Shown here: one piece after another, positions 8,820 to 17,864 of the stretch
How the letters are laid out: each line of letters begins with the position of its first letter
Numbering within the stretch: the stretch's first letter is position 1
Virus record (IMG/VR): IMGVR_UViG_3300046674_000373
Span: 1 to 64,000 of that record
Length of the DNA: 64,000 nt
From: a virus
Reading direction: 5' to 3' (one strand)
Notes under the pieces: model-generated
What the model was told of the DNA's origin: nothing
What the model saw: the letters and a program-made list of their open reading frames with translations, nothing else
Database searches by the model: none
Position numbers and translations under genes: made by a program

Positions 8820-9613
8820 GCCGGGGCAGACACCTGCATGAAGTACGGCATCACGTACAGGCTGTGCTTGATGCACTTTTCGTTCCACAGCTCGACGAAG
8901 CGCTTCATCTGCTCCTCGGACAGGTGCTGGAAGTAGAACTTGATCGCCTTCAGCGGTTCGCTGCCATCGGTGGCCTTGATGTAGACCTTGTAGTTCTTGT
9001 CCGAGCCTTCGAGGAAGATCGTGCCCGCTTCGATACGCGCCATCAGGATGTCGCCGTTCAGGCTGCCGCAGTACGAGCATGTGTCGTCATCGCGCCATAC
9101 CATCTCACCGTTGAACGGCGGCTTGAGCGAACTCAGGATGGCGCCGTTCTCCGCAGCGCGCGGGCAGAGGATAGCCTTTGGAGCGGGCTCCGGGAACTGC
9201 TCGCAGCCCGGCGCCACGTGGTCGTTGTCGCATGGCGGTGGCGGTTCGATGCTGGCGGGCGACGGGCTAAGCCGCTCCTTCAGCGCGTAGCCCATCAGCG
9301 GCCAGATTTTCTGCATCGCGTTCTGGCGCGCGATCGTGCGGCCGATCTCGGCGTCGAAGTTTTCCGGGCTGGCGCAGGCGCTCTCGCCGGTGACGGTGAA
9401 GCCGTTGCGCAGCACCAGCACGCAGAAGGTGAGCAGGTGGAGCGGCGGCGTACTGCCGTCATCAAGACCATCTGCGATAGCCGAACCACGCACGCCATCG
9501 GCTGCCGTGAAGTAGTGCGTTTCGGCGATGTTCGCCTCGATGTCCGCTGGCGTCACGCGCGGCGCCGTCAGGCCCTTGGCCTGAATCTCGGCCTCGATTT
9601 TTTTGTCATCCAT
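8813..9613 (-). CDS. Phage N4 Gp49/Sf6 gp66-family domain fused to a Cys-containing C-terminal domain
   Basis: TAPRVTP...TFCVLVLRNGFTVTGESACASPENFDAEIG...IWPLMGY; Pro linker; CPR...CSYCGS...KFYFQH. Confidence 0.8.
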   Translation of the reverse strand: MDDKKIEAEIQAKGLTAPRVTPADIEANIAETHYFTAADGVRGSAIADGLDDGSTPPLHLLTFCVLVLRNGFTVTGESACASPENFDAEIGRTIARQNAMQKIWPLMGYALKERLSPSPASIEPPPPCDNDHVAPGCEQFPEPAPKAILCPRAAENGAILSSLKPPFNGEMVWRDDDTCSYCGSLNGDILMARIEAGTIFLEGSDKNYKVYIKATDGSEPLKAIKFYFQHLSEEQMKRFVELWNEKCIKHSLYVMPYFMQVSAPAS

Positions 9614-9677
9614 AGTTTTCCTTGGTGGTGCCGATCAAGTCGGCGGAGGTGCCGGCGGCCGGCCGGCGGCGGTGTGC

Positions 9678-10181
9678 TCAATCGAAGCTGCTGGAGCCGC
9701 TGTCGCTGGAGCTCGACCCCGAATCGCTGCTGCAGCTGTACGAGCTGCTGTCGTGGCTGCTCGAACTGTGGTCGTGGCTACTGTGGTGGCTCGACGAGCA
9801 GTGCGACGACGAGCTGCTGGTGCTGGACGTGTCCGGCGCGAACCAGGTGCTCCCCGTCTGCATCCGCGTGGCCCAGTCGTCGTCCACGGTCGTGGTGCTG
9901 GCGGCGCGCTGCGGCGTGTCATCCTCGCGCAGGCGGGCCGGGGTTGACGGCTTGCCCGAGACCGCGTGCAGGGACGGCCGCTCCCGCGACGGTGCGGTGC
10001 GCGCCTGGTGTGCGCGGAGCCGCGCGGCCAGCTGTTCCTGGCGCTCGATTTCCTGCCGCTGGCGCCGTGCCTCGGCTTCGCGAACCTTCCGGATCCAGCG
10101 CAGGCGCATCAGGAACAGGCCCAGAACAATGACCAGCCCCACGGCCGGGCCGGCCCAAATTTCCCAGTTTTCGACTTGCAT
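9678..10181 (-). CDS. membrane-anchored protein with Ser-rich tail
   Basis: N-terminal TM helix; C-terminal S/D/H low-complexity region. Confidence 0.7.
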   Translation of the reverse strand: MQVENWEIWAGPAVGLVIVLGLFLMRLRWIRKVREAEARRQRQEIERQEQLAARLRAHQARTAPSRERPSLHAVSGKPSTPARLREDDTPQRAASTTTVDDDWATRMQTGSTWFAPDTSSTSSSSSHCSSSHHSSHDHSSSSHDSSSYSCSSDSGSSSSDSGSSSFD

Positions 10182-10411
10182 GGGTTTCCCCTTTTTTCGT
10201 TGTTGGCCGGGAACCGCCCGGCAGCGGTGGGTGGTTACGAGCGGATCGAAGCGATCACGCGCCAGGCCCATGCGTCCAGCTTTGGTGTAGCCCAGATCGC
10301 GAACTGCAGCCCCGCACCGATAATCTGGTATGCCAGGAACAGGAGAGATAGAAGCAGCAACGCAGCCAGTAGTGCACCGACCGGGTGAGTGCGGATGATC
10401 TCGATCATGGG

Positions 10412-10696
10412 TTACAGCTCCAGGCGGCGAAGGGCGTCTTCGAGTTGGGAATTGTAGGAGTGCAGCTCGTCACGAATGTTGGACAGCCGCGAACCGAGTG
10501 CCGTTTGCGCGGCTTCCTTGAGGGCCTTGGGAGCGCCGACCTCGGGCGCCTGAGAACGCAGCACCGGCTCCAGGCGTTGGAGCAGGCCATTGATCGTGGA
10601 GCCGATCGCCTGGATCTCATCGGCCAGGCGGCTGACGTTTTCGGGGATTTCGTTCTGACGGATGGAATCGGCCAATGCCGTGAATTGTTGACCCAT
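10412..10696 (-). CDS. hypothetical coiled-coil protein
   Basis: AAGGA RBS, helical composition. Confidence 0.6.
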   Translation of the reverse strand: MGQQFTALADSIRQNEIPENVSRLADEIQAIGSTINGLLQRLEPVLRSQAPEVGAPKALKEAAQTALGSRLSNIRDELHSYNSQLEDALRRLEL

Positions 10697-10779
10697 GAAA
10701 ATTCCTTCTGCGCTCTCGCGCTCAATGCCGCGCACAACCCCGGATGCCAGCGGCGCGGCCACGCTGGCGGGGTGAATTG

Positions 10780-11121
10780 CTACAGGCTGCCGGCGCGGGT
10801 GCAGTCGGCGTGCTCGTCGGGGGCAGCTTTTTGGGCCATGCGAGCGCGCTGTGCGTTGAAGCGTGCACGAAGCTCTTCCTCGGTCGGCTCGATGTAGGCG
10901 GTGAAGAATGCGATCACCGGCGCCAGCCAGAAGAACAGCGGCCCGAGCAGGGCAAACAAAAGCGGCAACATATCCCAGAACAGATCGACGCTGGTGCGCC
11001 AGGCGCGGCGCGCAAAGTGCGGCACGTTGCGCCACGCCAGCAGCAAGCCGATCGTGGTCTCCTTCAAACCGTCCGTGCCGTGCACGTAGATGCGCCAGCG
11101 GCGCGCAAGATGCAGATCCAT
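10780..11121 (-). CDS. hypothetical membrane protein
   Basis: GGAGG RBS; hydrophobic segment. Confidence 0.6.
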   Translation of the reverse strand: MDLHLARRWRIYVHGTDGLKETTIGLLLAWRNVPHFARRAWRTSVDLFWDMLPLLFALLGPLFFWLAPVIAFFTAYIEPTEEELRARFNAQRARMAQKAAPDEHADCTRAGSL

Positions 11122-11131
11122 ACCCCTCCCG

Positions 11132-11428
11132 TTATGCGGCGCTGGTAGGCTGGGCAGCCCGCCATAGCGCCATGATTGTTTGCTCGATCTGACGCCGGGC
11201 CAGCTTCCCTTTGATGTTCGCCGTGTCGTTCTTATCCCCGCGCTTCTCCTCGATCTTGGCCAGCATGCGCTGGCGATCGAGCTTACTGGGCAGGTTCAGG
11301 ATGTAGCGGGCCTCGCACTCGGCGCGCCACTCGGCACTGTCGGACAGCACCTCGCGGCCGTCGACCAGGCGCACCGGATTGGCGACGTAGGTCGTGCCAG
11401 CGTTGAAGCTCGGCGGACGGTCGGTCAT
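11132..11428 (-). CDS. hypothetical protein
   Basis: SAEWRAECEARYIL phage motif; coupled to neighbour. Confidence 0.65.
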   Translation of the reverse strand: MTDRPPSFNAGTTYVANPVRLVDGREVLSDSAEWRAECEARYILNLPSKLDRQRMLAKIEEKRGDKNDTANIKGKLARRQIEQTIMALWRAAQPTSAA

Positions 11429-11841
11429 GGCAATTCCAAGCAGTCGATGTGGACCGACTGGCACTCGCCGATCTCCTTACCGTCGAAAAACACCTTGACA
11501 GTACTGCGGCCCGCGCCGGGCTTGCCCGCCCACGACAGCGACTCGTCCTCGCCATCGTTGGGGCGGATCGGGCGGAGGAACTCGTCGCCAAGCATGCGCC
11601 GCTTGACCTGCATCGTGAACGGGGCCTGAAACCACGGCAGCATGGCGCCGTCGCTGGCCGCCCTGACCCACCACACGTTGATACCGTCCCGAACTGGGTC
11701 GTACGACAGGCCGGGCAGCATCACATCGCCGATCGCGAGCATCCGCTCCACGATGACGAACCGGCCCAGCAGCCCCGGCGTTACGATACCCGGCCCGACC
11801 ACCACAGCCAGGTCCCCCGGCTTGCAGCGCAGCCCGCTCAC
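11425..11841 (-). CDS. hypothetical protein
   Basis: CKPGDLAVVV...LRPIRP phage motif. Confidence 0.7.
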   Translation of the reverse strand: MSGLRCKPGDLAVVVGPGIVTPGLLGRFVIVERMLAIGDVMLPGLSYDPVRDGINVWWVRAASDGAMLPWFQAPFTMQVKRRMLGDEFLRPIRPNDGEDESLSWAGKPGAGRSTVKVFFDGKEIGECQSVHIDCLELP

Positions 11842-12341
11842 TTGGCGCCCCCGGTCCGCTTGATGATGTAGTCGCCCGGCCGGCGCGCGCCCCGGTCCAG
11901 TTCACGGATCCGCTTGTCGGTCTCGCGGAAGGCCCGGATCATCATCCGGTGCGGCGCCACGGCCAGCATCTCCTCGAAGCTGTCGATCATCCACGTCACG
12001 GCGGTCAGGCCCGGCCCGGTCAGGCGGATCGGCACGCCTTCGCGGATCGCGCGCTCGGATGCCTGGCGCAGCGCGCGCTGGGCGTCGGCCAGCAGCCCGT
12101 CAGGGTCCTGTGCCGAGCCGCGCTCGAGCATCACCTCGATCACGTTCCCGACCATCGCGCAGGTGCGCCAGTCCATCACGGCGGGCTTGTCGGCGGTCTG
12201 GATGTGCTCCAGGGCGCGGCGGGCGGCGTTCACGCGCACGGCGGCATCAGCGGCCGACATGGGCGCGGTGGGCGAGGCCATCAGCTCGTCGACCAGGGTG
12301 TAGGCGTCCTTGGGCGCCGGGGTCTTGCGGCGGCGGGTCAC
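11838..12341 (-). CDS. hypothetical protein
   Basis: GTG start, coupled operon gene. Confidence 0.6.
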   Translation of the reverse strand: MTRRRKTPAPKDAYTLVDELMASPTAPMSAADAAVRVNAARRALEHIQTADKPAVMDWRTCAMVGNVIEVMLERGSAQDPDGLLADAQRALRQASERAIREGVPIRLTGPGLTAVTWMIDSFEEMLAVAPHRMMIRAFRETDKRIRELDRGARRPGDYIIKRTGGAK

Positions 12342-12447
12342 AGCAGTCTCTCCAACACCATGCCGACACCGGCGCAGCCGGCCATCAGCACCAGCGTGAG
12401 GACGGCACCGCAGACCATCTGGGACAGGGTGACAATGACGGCGCGGG

Positions 12448-12798
12448 TCACAGCTCGGGCCTCCCGGCGAGGCCGCAGTAGCCGCGGGTCGGGACCGTGA
12501 TGCTTTCGGTGACCTCGCGTCGAAGCGCTCCGACCTCCTCGATTTTGCGCTCGGATCGGACGTCGGTCTCACCCCAGCGCCACATCGCGCACTTGTCGGC
12601 GATGCAGCGGGAACTGGCCGGATTACGCGGACCGCAACCAATACCGCTGGCGCTGTTGCAGCCGCCGACGACGTGGTTCTCCTGGCTCACGATCTCCATG
12701 CCGGAGCCGGCCGAACGGCGCTCCTCGATGACCTCGTGCCGCGCAATGCGCACCATCGGGCACCAGGTCGCGGCGGCCTGTTCGCGGGTGAGCATCAT
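12448..12798 (-). CDS. Cys-rich hypothetical protein
   Basis: WCP...CIADKCAMWRW...GYCGLAGRP. Confidence 0.75.
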   Translation of the reverse strand: MMLTREQAAATWCPMVRIARHEVIEERRSAGSGMEIVSQENHVVGGCNSASGIGCGPRNPASSRCIADKCAMWRWGETDVRSERKIEEVGALRREVTESITVPTRGYCGLAGRPEL

Positions 12799-13361
12799 GC
12801 GGCACCTCGCGCCGGTCGCACCTCGACCACCGTGTCGTAGTTGCCCATTGCCAGTGGCAGGCGAGGGCGCTGGGTGATGGTCAGTACGTAGCCCCAGCGC
12901 GCAGCGGTAGCAGCGGCGGCCTGCGCCATGGTGCGAACGCGGTCAGCGGCAGTGAAGGTGTTCTCGTCGGGCCGCAGCGCGTGGATGCGGGCCTGTAACG
13001 CCTCAAGATCACCTGTCGAGCGCACGCCCTCTGGCATGTCCGGCTCAGCCAGATCGTGCACACCCATCTCCAGCACCTCGCCCAGCAGCGCCCCCGCCGC
13101 TTCAACCTCGGAGCGCAGCTGGTCGCGTTCGGCGGCGAGGTCGCTGAGCGCCGTCCCGACGCCGGACAGCGCCTCGACGTACTCAGTGGGGACGCCCGCG
13201 AACACATTCCAGCACGCGGCCACGCGGCGGGCGTCAGCGAGAATGTTGTCGGCGATCGCGCCATTGTACGTGCTGGCGATATGGTCGCCGCGCTCGTCCA
13301 CCAGCACAGCGCCGGTCAGCTCTCCCACCACCAGCCGCCCCGGCGTATGCTGGCCGCTCAT
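12795..13361 (-). CDS. hypothetical protein
   Basis: HTPG...DARRVAACWN phage motif. Confidence 0.7.
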   Translation of the reverse strand: MSGQHTPGRLVVGELTGAVLVDERGDHIASTYNGAIADNILADARRVAACWNVFAGVPTEYVEALSGVGTALSDLAAERDQLRSEVEAAGALLGEVLEMGVHDLAEPDMPEGVRSTGDLEALQARIHALRPDENTFTAADRVRTMAQAAAATAARWGYVLTITQRPRLPLAMGNYDTVVEVRPARGAA

Positions 13362-14215
13362 GCTGCCTCCCGGGCGCCAGCCAGGCGCGTGAGGAACGCG
13401 GCCAGCGACTCGCCGGCGGCCTTCTCGACCTCGACCACGGTCACGCCGTCACGCTGCACCTCGAGGATGTCATCGGACCACAGGGCGCAGCGGTAGACCG
13501 GTGCAGCGGGCGTTCCCGGTTGCGCGGGAACGGGGGCGACGGACAGGTGACCCGTCAGGGTGACTGTGGGCGCATGGATCTCGACGACGGCGGGAGCCGC
13601 TGCCTGCGGTACGGTCGGCGCAGCCGTGGGAGCCTCGGTAGGCGCGGCGGTCGGGGCCGACGTTGGCTCCGGCGTGGGCATCTTGAGCAGCGCGTCGAAC
13701 GGGCCCGGGGCGGACACGGCCGGCTTGGCCTCGACGGCCGGCGGGCGCGGCGCGGCCGAACCAGCAGGGCCGGGGCCGATGGTCCAGGTCTTGCCGTCCT
13801 TGATGAGGCGGCTGGTGCGCACCGCGCTCGCCAGCGCGGTCGAAGCGTACTCGTCCGGCGTGAGCCCCATGACGATATGCAGCTCGGACGTGCTGGCACT
13901 GCCGTACTGACGGATGAACGCAAGCGCGCGCTCGATGCGGTTCAGGCCGGGCGCGGCGGTGAAGTTCATGGCCCGCGCCTTGGCCTGCAGCACGGCATAG
14001 CCCTCGGCGGCCTTGAACGTGTCGCTCAGGTCGTAGACCTTGCAGGGCACGCCATTGGGCGCGAGGCCGTCAGCCTCGACCACTTCGCCGACGGCGATCA
14101 AGGAGGAGAGCGCGGCCGACACGTCGGCGGGGTCTTGGTCGAGCCGGTCGCTAAGGTCGACCAAGCGGCTCTTCGGCTTGGCCGCGAGAAGTTCGTGGAT
14201 GCGGTTGTCACTCAT
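13358..14215 (-). CDS. putative winged-helix DNA-binding protein
   Basis: Two wHTH-like segments, Pro/Ala/Thr linker, CALWSD C-terminus. Confidence 0.6.
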   Translation of the reverse strand: MSDNRIHELLAAKPKSRLVDLSDRLDQDPADVSAALSSLIAVGEVVEADGLAPNGVPCKVYDLSDTFKAAEGYAVLQAKARAMNFTAAPGLNRIERALAFIRQYGSASTSELHIVMGLTPDEYASTALASAVRTSRLIKDGKTWTIGPGPAGSAAPRPPAVEAKPAVSAPGPFDALLKMPTPEPTSAPTAAPTEAPTAAPTVPQAAAPAVVEIHAPTVTLTGHLSVAPVPAQPGTPAAPVYRCALWSDDILEVQRDGVTVVEVEKAAGESLAAFLTRLAGAREAA

Positions 14216-14361
14216 GTTCGTCCGGGGCAGAAAGGATCAGGGCGCGGTCAGGAAGGCCGCGAGCGGAAGCGCCAGGCAGAGGCCCAGCACCAGGAGCCCG
14301 GCGGAAGCAGCGCGGCGGGCGAAGGCAGTACGGCGGGGCGCGGGAGCGCGATTGCGGGTGC

Positions 14362-14655
14362 TCATTGCGCGCTCCCGACCCACGAGGGAGCGCCATCGGC
14401 CGTTTGCTGGTCGCGCCACGCGACAAATGGCGCGCGCACGATGGTGTGGAAGCGCTCGGCGGCCGCCGGATCGGTGTCGAGCTCCCCTCGGGAGCCGATC
14501 CCGCAGGCCCCGAGAATGAACTCTTTAGCCATGTCCTCGGTGAACTCGCCATGGCCGGGCGCGAGCGCGGCGAGCCAGCGCCGGAACTGCGGGTCGCGGC
14601 AGAACGTGCACGCCATGATGCAGAGGTCGCGGCTGGGGCGGGCGGCGGCGGTCAT
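14362..14655 (-). CDS. hypothetical protein
   Basis: CRDPQF...CGIGSRGELD motif. Confidence 0.7.
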   Translation of the reverse strand: MTAAARPSRDLCIMACTFCRDPQFRRWLAALAPGHGEFTEDMAKEFILGACGIGSRGELDTDPAAAERFHTIVRAPFVAWRDQQTADGAPSWVGSAQ

Positions 14656-14810
14656 TGGGAGAGCTCCGGGGCCGGGCCGAGCAGCTTGGCGTGCCAGCGC
14701 CCATGTGCCTTTGCGAACCGCTCCGCGCCCTCTGCCTCGTATGCGACCTGCTCGATGGGCAGCAGCTCGCGGCCGCCGTATGCGGCATCGAACTCGGCGT
14801 CGGTCATCAT
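14652..14810 (-). CDS. small hypothetical protein
   Basis: 52 aa MMTDAEFDAAY..., coupled at both ends. Confidence 0.5.
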   Translation of the reverse strand: MMTDAEFDAAYGGRELLPIEQVAYEAEGAERFAKAHGRWHAKLLGPAPELSQ

Positions 14811-15244
14811 GCCAGCACCGCCGTAAGGGCGTACGCGCCAGCGAGGCGCGGGTGGCGAGCTGCATAGACTCTTGCCTCAGCCTCGGCGTCGAAGGTCATC
14901 GCCACTTGAGGGCAGTCGATCAGGTGGATTGTGCGCTGGTCGGAAATGCGCGTGACGTAGCGCTCGCCAAGCAGCGCCGACTTGGTCGTCGCCAGCACCC
15001 ACTTGCGCACGCCGCGCCACTGGTGGGACGAGTGCTCGCCGAAGACTGAGCTGAAGCGGCAGGTCTCGTCGGTGAACCACGCCGCGCCGCTCCAGTAGCG
15101 GAAGCGGCCGATCAGCCGCATGCGGGCGCGCCTGCCCATCGGCGTGCTGTTGCGCACCTCGTACCGGCCCGGCAGCGCCGGATGATGCGTATTGGCGGAG
15201 AACCAGTCCGTCACCGGCGAATCGTTGACCAAAGTTTGAGCCAT
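14807..15244 (-). CDS. hypothetical protein
   Basis: ORF with RBS after an AT-rich spacer. Confidence 0.65.
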   Translation of the reverse strand: MAQTLVNDSPVTDWFSANTHHPALPGRYEVRNSTPMGRRARMRLIGRFRYWSGAAWFTDETCRFSSVFGEHSSHQWRGVRKWVLATTKSALLGERYVTRISDQRTIHLIDCPQVAMTFDAEAEARVYAARHPRLAGAYALTAVLA

Positions 15245-15310
15245 CGCATCCCCTGTTGATAAAATTATTGATGTAATTCTACATCGAAGAACTTGCTTTG
15301 TGGCGACTTT

Positions 15311-16039
15311 TTACACAGCCGATGACCGCGAAGACTTCACGGGCAGCAGAGTTGCTGCATCGAGCAGCGTAAAGTGCCCGCCGCGCCAGCCCATTGTGTC
15401 GATGTGGATGACGTTGCCGAGCGTGACCGGGCCCTTGCTGAGTGGGGTATGGCCTACGACCACGGCGCGCACGCCCTCGACAGTCTCGATGCGGCCCGAG
15501 TTGATGCGGTCGCGCGACCACTGCAGGTAGTCCACCAGCGCGCCGCGCTCGCGGTTCGACAGCGCCGGGTTTTCCAAGGCGGCAGTCACCTGGCGCCACG
15601 ACGAGAACGGCACGTCGGCGTGCACGATGCAAACCAAGCCGTCGGCGGTTTCCAGCTCGATCGCCACCGGCAGAGCCGACAGGGCCGCCGCGACCTCCAG
15701 CTGGGTCTCGCGGTCGAGCGCGATCATCCAGCCGCCGCCGTTCGCCGCGTAGGTTCCCACTTCCATGTGCCCAGTCGGCCAGCGGATAGCCATGTCCTCG
15801 TGATTGCCGGCGACAGCGAACACCCAGGGCTGCGCCAGCCACCACAGCGCCTCGATCGATTCCGGCCCGCGGTCCACCAGATCGCCGACCATGAACAGGC
15901 GGTCGCCCGCGCTGTCGTCGAACTTGATGGAGTCAAGCGTCTGACGCAGGGCCGTGAAGCTGCCGTGTACGTCGCCGACGATGATGTCGCGGCCGGTGGT
16001 ATTGCGCGACACCCGGCGCACCAGGGAGGGCGCGCTCAC
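15311..16039 (-). CDS. metallophosphoesterase (lambda NinI-like Ser/Thr phosphatase)
   Basis: GDVHG, GDLVDRG, GNHE, HA, GHT. Confidence 0.92.
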   Translation of the reverse strand: MSAPSLVRRVSRNTTGRDIIVGDVHGSFTALRQTLDSIKFDDSAGDRLFMVGDLVDRGPESIEALWWLAQPWVFAVAGNHEDMAIRWPTGHMEVGTYAANGGGWMIALDRETQLEVAAALSALPVAIELETADGLVCIVHADVPFSSWRQVTAALENPALSNRERGALVDYLQWSRDRINSGRIETVEGVRAVVVGHTPLSKGPVTLGNVIHIDTMGWRGGHFTLLDAATLLPVKSSRSSAV

Positions 16040-16317
16040 AGGTCCTGCTCCAAGGGTTTGCCGTCAAGGCGGCCGGTGACTGTGATCTCGAAGCTCGGCT
16101 CAAAGTCAGGCGCCACGGTGGTGGCGATGATGCAGAAGCCAGCGAACAGGGCCGCGCCCAGGTCGAACAGGAAATCTGGCACCCAGTTGCGCGTCTCAAC
16201 GTTGGGCGCGTGCGATCCGAGGTCGCCGACGTAGACCGGGGCGAAGCCAAACATCCAGCCGCGGTGCGTGAAATTGGCCTTGAGTTCCTCGGCCGTGATA
16301 CGGTTGAAAACGCTCAC
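16036..16317 (-). CDS. hypothetical protein
   Basis: GGAG RBS + GTG; FTHRGWMFG..PVYVG. Confidence 0.65.
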   Translation of the reverse strand: MSVFNRITAEELKANFTHRGWMFGFAPVYVGDLGSHAPNVETRNWVPDFLFDLGAALFAGFCIIATTVAPDFEPSFEITVTGRLDGKPLEQDL

Positions 16318-16340
16318 GAAAATCTCCCTTAAAATTATTG

Positions 16341-16419
16341 TTTTGCGCCCTATGTGCGCCCTGAAAATCTGAAATTGCCGCAAGTCTTTGATTTATAAGA
16401 CAGTGATAAATGTCACATC
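16341..16419. other. secondary att-like site: integrase arm-type repeats, IHF box and core
   Basis: 22 bp identical to 42888-42909; IHF consensus at 16381-16393; 11 bp inverted match to 42769-42779. Confidence 0.65.
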
Positions 16420-16425
16420 ATCATT

Positions 16426-16815
16426 TCACTGCCCGGAACTGACCTCGCCGGCCACGATCACAGAGGGGAAATCAGGCGTCGGCGCCGGGTTCGACATGCA
16501 GCGGATCCCGGCGTCGATCAGCGCCGCGCCAGACCGGCCGGACGGTGTCGCCTTGCGCAGTTTCGTGCCGCAGCAGCACACCTCCGCCGCTGCCTGCGCC
16601 GATGCCTCCAGGCCGCAGTTCGTACACTGGTAGCGCCGCCATCCAGGCGCGTCGGCCGGCCTGCTGACCAGGCGCCCGAAGCAGGCCCGGCAGATGTGCG
16701 GCTCGAGCGCCCAGGTTTCGTCGCCTGGTGCGGCGTCGCGGCCGCCGAGTCGCCTCTCATGCGCCTGCGCCTGCCCGCGCGCGGAATACGAGTGTTCGGC
16801 AGACAATCCGCTCAT
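16426..16815 (-). CDS. Cys-rich zinc-finger protein
   Basis: CRAC, CTNC, CCC. Confidence 0.7.
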   Translation of the reverse strand: MSGLSAEHSYSARGQAQAHERRLGGRDAAPGDETWALEPHICRACFGRLVSRPADAPGWRRYQCTNCGLEASAQAAAEVCCCGTKLRKATPSGRSGAALIDAGIRCMSNPAPTPDFPSVIVAGEVSSGQ

Positions 16816-16817
16816 TT

Positions 16818-16872
16818 TGTGATCACCATCACATTCCCCCGCGCCACCGCGCTTTTTGTGATCCACATCACA
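16818..16872. promoter_or_regulatory. two perfect TGTGA-N6-TCACA (CRP-family) boxes
   Basis: 16818-16833 and 16857-16872, intergenic. Confidence 0.6.
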
Positions 16873-16877
16873 TCCTT

Positions 16878-17405
16878 TCACCACAGCCCCTGCTGCCTTG
16901 CCGCACTCACCCCGCGGCCCCAGCCGAGCAGCACGCGCTTTTCGCTGTCCCTGAGCAGCTCGATGGTCAGCTCGTCCATGCTCGCGGTCCTCTGCCTGAC
17001 CAGCACCCGCACCTGGCCGGCGACGACATAGCGTGCGATGCGCTTGTCCAGCTGTGGATGCGTGATCGGGAATTTCCCGCGCCCGTTCCGGCCCTTGACC
17101 CACTCGTATTCCCGGTTCTTGCAGCAGACGCAGATGTTGCCGCCGATCAGGCGCATGTCCGTGCGGTGGCAGCGCGCGCAGGTCCCGGTGCCCCGTAGCT
17201 TGTTCAGCGCTGCATCGACCACGCCCACATGCTGGGCTCCGATCTGACACTGGCGGCACTTGTGCAGCCTATCCGGCGCGTCCTTGCCGTTGGCCTTGAC
17301 CCACATCTCCTTGCAGGCCTCGACCCGAAGCGTGGCCCTCAGTGCTGTGCACTGAAACATCTTCTGCCCGGGCATTTCCGGGTATTCGAAGTATTCGATT
17401 GCCAC
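16878..17405 (-). CDS. Cys-rich zinc-binding protein
   Basis: CRQC, CARC, CVCC; start may be 17423. Confidence 0.7.
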   Translation of the reverse strand: MAIEYFEYPEMPGQKMFQCTALRATLRVEACKEMWVKANGKDAPDRLHKCRQCQIGAQHVGVVDAALNKLRGTGTCARCHRTDMRLIGGNICVCCKNREYEWVKGRNGRGKFPITHPQLDKRIARYVVAGQVRVLVRQRTASMDELTIELLRDSEKRVLLGWGRGVSAARQQGLW

Positions 17406-17449
17406 GCTGCCCCTCGACAACATTGTTGTGGCGCAAATTCTACGGGGAA

Positions 17450-17830
17450 ATGGTCACTGTGTGTGATATTTCGAGAGCAATCGCCGGTAAAAGCGTGGCT
17501 GAGGCGGAACAGAGTGCAGTTCAGGGTAGTTGCGAGCAAGGTTCCGGCAAGTTCCGGCTCAGTTTCCCCTTTGGTTCCTCCTATTATTATTCTATTTTCA
17601 TAGAGGAATAGAGATAGATAGAGAGGGAAGGGGAACTAAGAAACCAAAGAAGCATACCCCCATACAAAACTTAATTTAAAAAGTATTGGTAATCACATTA
17701 CCATTACCATACAATATCAATCTCTATCTGTGGATATTTGTCTCCGCATGGTTACCCGGTTACCCGGTTACTGTTGCGGTATTTCCTTTGAAAATCAAAA
17801 GCTTGCCCAGAACCGCCGGGGTAACTCGGT
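17450..17830. other. AT-rich divergent intergenic region, candidate replication origin
   Basis: GGTTACCC tandem 17750-17771, inverted GGGTAAC near 17819-17825, IHF box 17793-17805. Confidence 0.5.
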
Positions 17831-17864
17831 GGTATCCGGACGCATGAAAGGCGCGGCGAGGAGC

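Noticed and set aside
9678-9830. Short tandem-like repeats (also 46958-47875)
   Set aside because: Explained by Ser-rich and Gly-rich coding sequence; not CRISPR
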